From Phycisphaeraceae bacterium (GTDB lineage: Bacteria > Planctomycetota > Phycisphaerae > Phycisphaerales > Zrk34), in NCBI GenBank assembly GCA_040905565.1, contig JBBDRF010000084.1:1-15508 (forward strand): DNA of 15,508 bases, given 5' to 3'. The notes under the pieces were generated by a model. The model searched no databases, was not told the DNA's origin, and saw only the letters and a program-made list of their open reading frames with translations. The position numbers and the translations under genes were made by a program. Shown in pieces: positions 1 through 6,999 of the stretch (positions are counted from its first letter, which is position 1; each line of letters begins with the position of its first letter).

Positions 1-51
1 TCCATGGCCAAATCAAACCATAGGCGAACCAGCGAGGAATGTCCGTAGCAG

Positions 52-585
52 CTAGCTCTTGTCCACGCTGAGTTCGCCGAGCACCGTAACCGCCTCTCGG
101 AGCACGTGCGAAGCGGCCGTAAACTCACCAGCCCCCTGAGCTTCAAGCAACCAGCCGAACACATCCTTGTGCTTCTTCGTCCGAGTGCCAGCGACAGGCT
201 GCTGCCCAACATCACCACCGGCGTTGATCTGGTCTAGGATCGACAGCACATTATCGGGGGTCACACCGCTGATCTTCATCACGCCACCAGACCGATTTAG
301 CGTTCCCTCAGGATCAAGACGGTGCCGCGCGGACGAGAACTCGCAGTGAAGCACCTTGTTTCGCAGACGCGCCGCACCTCGCAGCAACTGAGCGTCCGTC
401 TCGCTCAGTTTTGCTTGGAAGTGTGCGATGATCGCACTGATGACCTCGGCGAGAGCGGTGTCAATCGACCTGTCGGCCGTGGAGGGAACCGCTCCGGCCA
501 AAAGTCGCACCCTCAGCTCAAAGAGCGCAGCATCGGCGGCTGCTTGGGTGAAATTCTGTTCGGCGATGTCGCGCGGGAATGACAC
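52..585 (-). CDS. Hypothetical protein, putative HEPN-superfamily (RxxxxH) protein, 177 aa
   Basis: GTG-start ORF with helical-looking sequence. Has E23 in the N-terminal helix (LFELRVR) and an R-N-K-V-L-H motif at aa 75-80 (nt 363-346). The ORF is likely real; the HEPN call rests on the motif only. Confidence 0.6.
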   Translation of the reverse strand: MSFPRDIAEQNFTQAAADAALFELRVRLLAGAVPSTADRSIDTALAEVISAIIAHFQAKLSETDAQLLRGAARLRNKVLHCEFSSARHRLDPEGTLNRSGGVMKISGVTPDNVLSILDQINAGGDVGQQPVAGTRTKKHKDVFGWLLEAQGAGEFTAASHVLREAVTVLGELSVDKS

Positions 586-946
586 GAGAAATTACCTGGC
601 TGTAGGTGATCGGAAAAGCGAACATCCCCGCCGCCTGACTGACAGAACATTTTGATTCCGCAGTTGATGTGCATGTGTGCCTTGGGGCTCAGCAGTTGAG
701 CGGACCATCGACTACTGCCATCATCTGCCCTCTTTAAGGTTGCGTAACCCTCGCCTGTTGCCATTATGTGACCATTGCAGAGCTTGTGCAATGCTTTGGC
801 GATATCGACGGATGAAGGTGGATACCACATGAAGGTTCTTCGTCTCGTCCGAGTCAGCACCGGTCACTTTGTGGCTGACTTCACATCGCTGAGGCCGCTC
901 AGCGGTAGGCGCAGGCTGTCGAAGCCGATGTGACGCTTCAGTTTCG

Positions 947-973
947 TACGCTCTTCGGGTGAAAAGTGGGGTG
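947..973 (+). repeat. 27-bp imperfect direct repeat, copy 1 (putative integrase arm-type site)
   Basis: TACGCTCTTCGGGTGAAAAGTGGGGTG, 24/27 identical to 1137-1163. An inverted TACGCTCT (AGAGCGTA) follows at 977-984. Confidence 0.8.
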
Positions 974-1023
974 GCCAGAGCGTAAAAATCGCCGATTTTG
1001 AGCCGTGAGAGGGGGTCTGGAGC

Positions 1024-1067
1024 CGTTGCCAACGTGAATGTCGAGGGTTCGAATCCCTTCACCCGCT
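1024..1067 (+). tRNA. 3' fragment of tRNA-Gly(GCC); att-site duplication, not a complete tRNA
   Basis: Anticodon loop TTGCCAA (1026-1032), 3' anticodon stem CGTGA, variable loop ATGTC, T-arm GAGGG-TTCGAAT-CCCTT (1043-1059), acceptor 3' strand CACCCGC and discriminator T (Gly-type U73). The required 5' strand GCGGGTG and the D-arm are absent upstream. Confidence 0.9.
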
Positions 1068-1073
1068 TTCATA

Positions 1074-1112
1074 AAGCCCTCACAAGTAATGACTTGCGAG
1101 GGCTTGTTTTTT
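1074..1112 (+). terminator. Rho-independent terminator after the tRNA fragment
   Basis: AAGCCCTCACAAGT-aatg-ACTTGCGAGGGCTT, a 14-bp stem with one mismatch, followed by GTTTTTT. Confidence 0.8.
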
Positions 1113-1136
1113 GCAAATCTGTACGCTCTCGCCCAC

Positions 1137-1163
1137 TACGCTCTTCAGGTGAGAAGTGAGGTG
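1137..1163 (+). repeat. 27-bp imperfect direct repeat, copy 2 (putative integrase arm-type site)
   Basis: TACGCTCTTCAGGTGAGAAGTGAGGTG; a further TACGCTCT lies at 1122-1129. Confidence 0.8.
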
Positions 1164-1368
1164 AGGGCTAGTGGTGGACGCGCGTACCTACGATGAAAAT
1201 CTGACGCGGGTCGCAACCAGGCCAGCAAGTAGAAGCCAAGGGTGAAGGGCCAAGGGGCTGGGTCTCGCCTCGGCGAAAGAGGGGCAACAATCACCGTCTT
1301 GCCGCCCTCGTGCGAGTTTGGCACAATCTACCTGCTCACATCACGGCACAAAGAACAAGGGGGCGAAC

Positions 1369-1506
1369 ATGTCCAAGGTTACGCCGATCCTCGTCTGCTT
1401 CGCGGCAATATTGGCGACGCTCACGGAGGAATTGTGCCTCGTCGTTGAACACGACGATCCACCCACACCAGTCAGCTGCTGCATGAGACCCGCGATCGAT
1501 CATTGA
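1369..1506 (+). CDS. Possible 45-aa small protein or truncated secreted-protein remnant
   Basis: AAGGGGG SD-like sequence before ATG 1369; N-terminus MSKVTPILVCFAAILATLT resembles a signal peptide. The stop abuts the stop of the convergent response regulator. Confidence 0.3.
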   Translation: MSKVTPILVCFAAILATLTEELCLVVEHDDPPTPVSCCMRPAIDH

Positions 1507-1890
1507 TCAAGGGGCGGCCTCGGGCTTCGGCCGGAGCAGCGATTCGATCTTGCTGAGCAGACGAGCGAAGTCAACGGGCTTGGTGTCGTAGTCGTCGCAC
1601 CCGGCGTCAAGCGCCTGTTCACGGTCGCCGGCCATCGCGTGCGCGGTCAGCGCGATGATCGGCACGAGGTGCGTCTGCGGGTCCGCCTTGAGCTTCCGCG
1701 ACGCCTCCCATCCGTCCAGCACGGGCAGACTCATGTCCATCAAAATCAGGTCGGGCAGTTCCGCCTGGGCGCGCGCCACGCCGCTCAGGCCGTCCACTGC
1801 CAGCATGACCTCGTAGCCTTGGCGCTCAAGCCGGCGCGAGAGCATATCGCGGTTCATCTCGTTGTCTTCGACCAGTAGAATCTTGGGCAT
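1507..1890 (-). CDS. Single-domain response regulator (CheY/DivK-like receiver), 127 aa
   Basis: ILLVEDN acidic pocket, LILMDMSLP phosphoacceptor Asp, IIALTA, TKP; no output domain. Confidence 0.95.
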   Translation of the reverse strand: MPKILLVEDNEMNRDMLSRRLERQGYEVMLAVDGLSGVARAQAELPDLILMDMSLPVLDGWEASRKLKADPQTHLVPIIALTAHAMAGDREQALDAGCDDYDTKPVDFARLLSKIESLLRPKPEAAP

Positions 1891-1916
1891 GGCGTTGCGA
1901 AAAGCGGTTAGTCCGG

Positions 1917-4298
1917 CTAGCGCTTTTCATCTCCTTTGGACTCGACTTTGGACGCTCGGCAAGGCGTGGTACAGTCGAGCAACACGTCGCGCACCTGATG
2001 CAGCATTGCTTCGTGCGAGCCGCTCGTTTCCTTCAAAAGAATCTTTTCGACGTGGACGCTGAGCTGCGCCCGCTCCTCGTTGCTGAGGTCGCGGGCGGTC
2101 AACACCACGAGGGGAATCGTACGCCATTCCTCGTGCTTGCGCACGTGGGCGACGAACTCGAAGCCGTCCATCTCAGGCATCATCAGGTCGAGTAGAATCA
2201 GACTCGGGCGTTGCTTTTCCATACTGGCGAGCGCCGCAAGCCCGCTGTTGGCTTCGCTGACCTTCCAGCCTTCCTTCTCCAGAATCGCGCGCGTCACCTC
2301 GCGGATCGCGGGGTCGTCATCGACCAGCAGGACCGGGCAGGGCGGATTCGGGCAGGTGTATTTCTTGAGAATCTGCGCCAGTCGCCGGCGATCCACCGGC
2401 TTGGTGGCGTAGTCGGAAGCGCCCAGCGTGTAGCCACGCCTGGGGTGGTCGATCATGGTGAGCATGATGACCGGGATGTCACTCAGTTCAGCGTCATCCT
2501 GGAGCGCCGAGAGGACGCTCCATCCGTCCATGTCGGGCATCATCACATCCAGCGTGATGGCGACCGGCCGCAGTTGCCGAGCGAGGCGCAGCCCTTCCTC
2601 GCCGCCGGCCGCGGTATGGATGCGAAAGCCCTCCTTGCTTAGAAAGCGTGTCATCAACTCGCGCTGCGTGGGGTCGTCGTCAATCACCAGCACACAGTTG
2701 TCAGTCGACACGAGCGGTTCCGCACCACTGGCCGTGCCGTTGGGCGAGTCGCCTCCGGCTTCGGCGGGGCTTTCGAGCTTTGTCTCGCTGACGAGGGCCG
2801 GGAGCTTGATGGTGAAGATGCTGCCTTCGCCCGGCACGCTGTGTGCCGTCACGTCGCCGCCCATCATCTGGCAGAAACGACGCGTGAGCGCCAGGCCCAG
2901 ACCGGTGCCGCCGAACTTGCGCGTCGTGGAGGTGTCGGCCTGAGTGAAGGCTTGAAAGAGCTTGACCACCTGTTCGGGATTCATCCCGATGCCCGTGTCT
3001 GAAACGCGAAACACGATCCAGTCGCTGTCGTCCATGCGCTCACGATTGACGCTAAGCGTGATGTTGCCTTCGCGGGTGAACTTGGCCGCATTGGATAACA
3101 GATTGAACAGACACTGGCGCACCTTGGTCAAGTCGGCGTGCATCTCGCCTGGCTCCGGGCCGTACTCCAGGTGCAGTGTATTGGTATTGTTCTCGATCAG
3201 CGGCTCGATGGTGGAAGCGACTTCCTCGATCAGCCTGGACACCTCGAAGCTTTCCAGAAACAATTCCATCTTGCCCGCTTCGATTTTCGATAGATCGAGA
3301 ATGTTATTGATCAGTTCCAGCAACAGCTTGCCGGCGGTATTGATCTTTTTCAGGTCGGTGCCGAACGTGTCCAGGTGCTGGTCGACGGCATCTTCCTGCA
3401 GCATCTCGGAGTAGCCGAGGATGGCGTTAAGTGGCGTGCGCAATTCGTGGCTCATGTTGGCCAGGAAGAGGCTCTTGGTCTTGTTGGCCGCTTCGGCGGT
3501 TTCCTTGGCTAACTCAACCTCCTCCTCGGCGCGGCGGCGCTCGGTCGCATCTTCCATCGCCAGCACCAGCAGTTCCCCGTGGTGGCCGGCCTGCAGCTTG
3601 CGAGCGTTGAGCAGCATCACCCGGCGTCCGATGACCGGAAAGGTGTGCTCCAATTCGAAATCATTGAAGACCGAGCTTTTGGGGACCACCTCTTCGAGCA
3701 GCGTGCGCAGGTCCGGAATGTCCCACTGACCATTGCCCAACTCGTAAATGAGACGGTTCTCGGTTTCTTCAAGCGAGACCTGAAAAGTCTGGTAGAACGC
3801 GCGGTTGGCGGAGCGGACGCGCAGGGTGGTATCGAGAATCAGCAGCGGCTCGCGCACCGTGTCCACGATGTTCTGAGCGTAGGCTTCGATGGCCTTCAGA
3901 TTCGCCTCGGCACGCCGGCGCGCCGTCACATCTTCCATCGCCAGCACCAGCAGTTCCCCGTGGTGGCCGGCCTGCAGCTTGCGAGCGTTGAGCAGCATCA
4001 CCCGGCGTCCGATGACCGGAAAGGTGTGCTCCAATTCGAAATCATTGAAGACCGAGCTTTTGGGGACCACCTCTTCGAGCAGCGTGCGCAGGTCCGGAAT
4101 GTCCCACTGACCATTGCCCAACTCGTAAATGAGACGGTTCTCGGTTTCTTCAAGCGAGACCTGAAAAGTCTGGTAGAACGCGCGGTTGGCGGAGCGGACG
4201 CGCAGGGTGGTATCGAGAATCAGCAGCGGCTCGCGCACCGTGTCCACGATGTTCTGAGCGTAGGCTTGAATCTCGTCAACCGGTATGCCTGATTTCAT
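1917..4298 (-). CDS. Hybrid sensor histidine kinase: PAS-PAS-HisKA-HATPase_c-REC-REC, 793 aa
   Basis: H-box FLANMSHELRTPLNAILG, N-box NLLSNAAKFT, G1 DTGIGM, G2 GGTGLGL, and two receivers (LDVMMP, LLDLMMP). AAGGA SD upstream; no transmembrane segment seen. Confidence 0.95.
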   Translation of the reverse strand: MKSGIPVDEIQAYAQNIVDTVREPLLILDTTLRVRSANRAFYQTFQVSLEETENRLIYELGNGQWDIPDLRTLLEEVVPKSSVFNDFELEHTFPVIGRRVMLLNARKLQAGHHGELLVLAMEDVTARRRAEANLKAIEAYAQNIVDTVREPLLILDTTLRVRSANRAFYQTFQVSLEETENRLIYELGNGQWDIPDLRTLLEEVVPKSSVFNDFELEHTFPVIGRRVMLLNARKLQAGHHGELLVLAMEDATERRRAEEEVELAKETAEAANKTKSLFLANMSHELRTPLNAILGYSEMLQEDAVDQHLDTFGTDLKKINTAGKLLLELINNILDLSKIEAGKMELFLESFEVSRLIEEVASTIEPLIENNTNTLHLEYGPEPGEMHADLTKVRQCLFNLLSNAAKFTREGNITLSVNRERMDDSDWIVFRVSDTGIGMNPEQVVKLFQAFTQADTSTTRKFGGTGLGLALTRRFCQMMGGDVTAHSVPGEGSIFTIKLPALVSETKLESPAEAGGDSPNGTASGAEPLVSTDNCVLVIDDDPTQRELMTRFLSKEGFRIHTAAGGEEGLRLARQLRPVAITLDVMMPDMDGWSVLSALQDDAELSDIPVIMLTMIDHPRRGYTLGASDYATKPVDRRRLAQILKKYTCPNPPCPVLLVDDDPAIREVTRAILEKEGWKVSEANSGLAALASMEKQRPSLILLDLMMPEMDGFEFVAHVRKHEEWRTIPLVVLTARDLSNEERAQLSVHVEKILLKETSGSHEAMLHQVRDVLLDCTTPCRASKVESKGDEKR
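3548..4267. repeat. Intragenic direct repeat: two 339-bp copies (3548-3886 and 3929-4267), period 381 bp
   Basis: Base-by-base reading found no mismatch between the copies. They are separated by a 42-bp unique linker and each encodes one PAS domain (AYAQNIVDTVREP...LVLAMED). Confidence 0.95.
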
Positions 4299-4313
4299 GA
4301 GAGGCGTCCTTGT

Positions 4314-5630
4314 TCAGTCACTTTGCCGGGCGCGGGCTCGTGTGTCCGTGTGGCTTCGGCCCGGGTCAGGCGCGGCTGGACTCGTCGCGGCCAGGACCTC
4401 GACAGCCAGAATAGAGATGTCATCCTGGGCACTCGCCTCGCCACGCCACCGCTCGGTCGCCGCCAGCAATGCCGCGACGCCCGCCTGCAGTGGTTCGGTT
4501 CCATTGCGGCGAATCGCGTCCAGTAGCCGGTCGTTGCCGAACTGGGTGGACGCGGGGTCCATCGCTTCCGGGACGCCATCCGAATAGATGTACAGTCGGT
4601 CTCCTGCCGCAAGGCGGACGGATCGCTCCTCGTAGGCCTCCTCCGCCAAGCCGATGGGGAAGCCCTGGCTTTCGAGAATCATCGGTTCCGCGCCTGCGGG
4701 CAAATGCACCGGCCCGGGATGACCCGCCGACACGTAGCGGAACGCCCCGGTGACGATGTCGAGGATGCCATAGAGCATCGTGGCGAACTGACCCGTCGTC
4801 GCGTCGAACGGAAAGAGCCGGTTCAGGTGCTCGGCGACCGCTGCAGGGGGCGTCACCTCGGGCCGATCCGCGTGCTCGCCATTTCGGATCAGGATCGAGG
4901 CTTGTTCCGGCGGGGGTGACAGGACACGGCTGAGCGCCACCGACAGCAGCGCGGAGACGACGCCGTGCCCGCTGACGTCCAGAATGTAGAGCCCGACTCG
5001 GCCTTGGCCCAGGGGGATGATGTTCAGCCCGTCGCCGCCCAGTTCATCACAGGGCCGGTAGATCCAGTCAAACGCCGCGCCCGGCACCTCGAGCGCCTCG
5101 CAAGGCAGGAAGGTTGCCTGAATCTTGGCCGCAGCTTTCAGGTCGCGGGACATCCGGCCGTTGACCTTCTCCAGCCGCGCGTTGGTTTCCTGCAACTCGC
5201 GGTTCCGCACGGCCAAGTGCCGCTCCAACTGCTTGACCTGCTCGGCCGCACGCTTCAGCGCCAACTGAGTTTCGACTCGGGCCAAGACCACGGGGAAGTC
5301 CAACGGCTTGGTCACGTAGTCGTTCGCGCCCAGCCCCAAGGCCTTCACGATATCGTCGCTCTCCCCCCGGGCGGTCGCCATGATGATCGGGAGGTCGGTG
5401 GCGGAGTGGGTCTCGCGGACCAACTTCAGAACATCCAGCCCGTTCACCCCCGGCATCATGATGTCCAGAAGCACCAGGTCGAAGCGATGATCCCGGATCA
5501 GGGTGATCGCGTGGTTGCCGTCGTGGCCGACGGTGACATCGTACCCATGGCGCTCCAGACGGCGCGAGAGCATGTCGCGGTTCATCTCATTGTCATCGAC
5601 GACAAGCAGGTGAGTGTGAGTGTCCGGCAT
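4314..5630 (-). CDS. Response regulator receiver + coiled coil + PP2C (SpoIIE/RsbU-type) serine phosphatase, 438 aa
   Basis: N-terminal REC (LLVVDDN, LLDIMMP, TKP). PP2C motifs LGGD, DVSGHG, SAGHP, YSDG and QDDISIL are all intact. Confidence 0.93.
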   Translation of the reverse strand: MPDTHTHLLVVDDNEMNRDMLSRRLERHGYDVTVGHDGNHAITLIRDHRFDLVLLDIMMPGVNGLDVLKLVRETHSATDLPIIMATARGESDDIVKALGLGANDYVTKPLDFPVVLARVETQLALKRAAEQVKQLERHLAVRNRELQETNARLEKVNGRMSRDLKAAAKIQATFLPCEALEVPGAAFDWIYRPCDELGGDGLNIIPLGQGRVGLYILDVSGHGVVSALLSVALSRVLSPPPEQASILIRNGEHADRPEVTPPAAVAEHLNRLFPFDATTGQFATMLYGILDIVTGAFRYVSAGHPGPVHLPAGAEPMILESQGFPIGLAEEAYEERSVRLAAGDRLYIYSDGVPEAMDPASTQFGNDRLLDAIRRNGTEPLQAGVAALLAATERWRGEASAQDDISILAVEVLAATSPAAPDPGRSHTDTRARARQSD

Positions 5631-5694
5631 GGGAGGGGGTCATGAGAAATTCAGACAGCCACGAGGGGAAGTTCGCCTTCGCGCGAGGGTGTGC

Positions 5695-5729
5695 GGACGT
5701 CTTGGACGTCTAAAGTGTATAAAATTATA
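5695..5729 (-). promoter_or_regulatory. Candidate promoter region for the leftward operon
   Basis: AT-rich patch with a perfect TATAAT on the minus strand (5729-5724), about 95 nt upstream of ATG 5630. Tandem GGACGTCT at 5695-5702 and 5704-5711. No good -35 box. Confidence 0.4.
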
Positions 5730-6060
5730 GATGGGCACTGTCATGCTTTCTCGGCCCACGGCGACTTTTTCACCCATGCCAAAGGCGCAGCGGGTGGTCC
5801 GGGCCGCCAGCACGCTTCAGCAACAACGCACCGGTCACATTCCGAGCCCTTGCCGGCGATGCGGCGGTGTCACCGGGCTCAGCTGCTCCTGCCGGCGGTG
5901 GGCTCGGGTCAGAGCCGCGACCAGCGCGCGGTGTCGGTTGACCCTGGCCTGCTCGCGACCAACAATGCGTCAGCAGCAGCCGCATCACCTTCGCGAGATC
6001 GAAAACGGGGCGCGGCGACTACGTGAACGTATATCAGGCCACAGAGAACGGAGTGACCCC

Positions 6061-6510
6061 ATGAACGCATACGCACGATTCGCCGGCATGATCGGTACGG
6101 CGACCCTTATCATGTATGGCCTGATGTACCTCAACACCTACCAGCTCGACCACGTTTTCTTCAGCGAAACGCGAGCGTACATGGCGATGCTCATGGGCGC
6201 ATGCATGGCGATCATCATGCTTAGCTTTATGCTGAGCATGCACAAGAACAAAGCCATGAATATCGGCATTTACACCGTAAGCGTGCTTGTGTTCGTCACC
6301 TCGTTCTGGCTTGTCCGCAGTCAGGCCACGGTTCAGGACGTCTCGTACATGCGAGCCATGATCCCACATCATTCCATCGCGATCCTCACCAGTGAACGCG
6401 CCCAAATCTCCGACCCACGTGTCCGCGACCTTGCAGATCAGATCATCAAGACCCAGCGGGAAGAAATCGCCCAGATGAAGACACTGATCGAAGACCTCAA
6501 GAACAGGTGA
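6061..6510 (+). CDS. DUF305-family (ferritin-like) protein with Met-rich N-terminal membrane helices, 149 aa
   Basis: GGAG SD at 6050-6053 supports ATG 6061 rather than 5731. Motifs MRAMIPHHSIAI and LADQIIKTQREEIAQM are typical of DUF305. Confidence 0.88.
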   Translation: MNAYARFAGMIGTATLIMYGLMYLNTYQLDHVFFSETRAYMAMLMGACMAIIMLSFMLSMHKNKAMNIGIYTVSVLVFVTSFWLVRSQATVQDVSYMRAMIPHHSIAILTSERAQISDPRVRDLADQIIKTQREEIAQMKTLIEDLKNR

Positions 6511-6999
6511 CGCGACGAGCCATCTGAATCACTCACGCTGAAACAGGGCGACCTCGTCGCATGGGTAACATGAAGCCGCCCGAAATCCGCTAGTCGTGGG
6601 CCAAGGCACCAACAGCTTGACCACGTTCTACAGCGTCGATTCGCTCGATCGACTCGGTCTACACCCGGCCGCTCTCGATCAGCACGACGTGCGCCGGCTG
6701 AGCAAGGCTGGCGGTGATATGATTCGTCAGCCACGTGGGTCACGAATGGGCCCTTGGGTTAATGAACTGCATCGCTGCCCAGAATACCTGATTTGCAGGC
6801 CCATGCATGCTGGTCCAGCCTGCCTGATCGCCACGCTACCACGTCGGTCGCAGTCGGCCTGCCGCCGCATTGCCACGATCAGGCGTCGCTTGTTCATCTA
6901 TCTCCAAGGGAGCGATGATGCGGGCCCCGGTTCGTGCCTAGAATAGGCCTGTACCGGATGGATAGGGGAGAGCTGGATAAGTTACCGAAGGGAGCCTCT

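Larger units (their letters stand above)
1..1067. mobile_element. Distal end of an integrative element or genomic island inserted in tRNA-Gly(GCC); continues left beyond the window
   Basis: Ends in a tRNA 3' fragment starting at the anticodon arm, preceded by short repeated motifs and an orphan ORF. No integrase lies inside the window. Confidence 0.65.

Noticed and set aside
513..860. 115-aa minus-strand ORF upstream of the HEPN-like gene (possible antitoxin)
   Set aside because: No recognisable motif (no MNT GSxxxG/DxD signature) and it overlaps the next gene by 73 nt. Not excluded, but unsupported.
721..1062. 113-aa minus-strand ORF starting MKGFEPSTF
   Set aside because: Its start is the antisense reading of the tRNA T-arm, a classic spurious ORF, and it crosses the att repeats.
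990..1067. Complete functional tRNA-Gly gene
   Set aside because: No 5' acceptor strand (GCGGGTG), D-arm or full 5' anticodon stem upstream; only the 3' half is present.
1318..1340. Sigma-54 promoter-like TTGGCAC...CTGC
   Set aside because: GG-to-GC spacing is 12 nt rather than the required 10.
3548..4267. DGR template/variable repeat pair or CRISPR-like array
   Set aside because: The copies show no adenine-specific mismatches, both are in-frame coding, there is no reverse transcriptase or cas gene, and no short repeat-spacer periodicity was seen in the window.
5731..6060. 110-aa N-terminal extension of the DUF305 ORF
   Set aside because: Arg/Cys-rich, non-protein-like sequence; the SD and family signature both point to ATG 6061.
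6520..6946. Possible gene remnants (LKQGDLVAW; TTFYSVDSLDRL, YD-repeat-like) and a 116-aa ORF
   Set aside because: Matches are too short to tell from chance; no SD or coherent domain.
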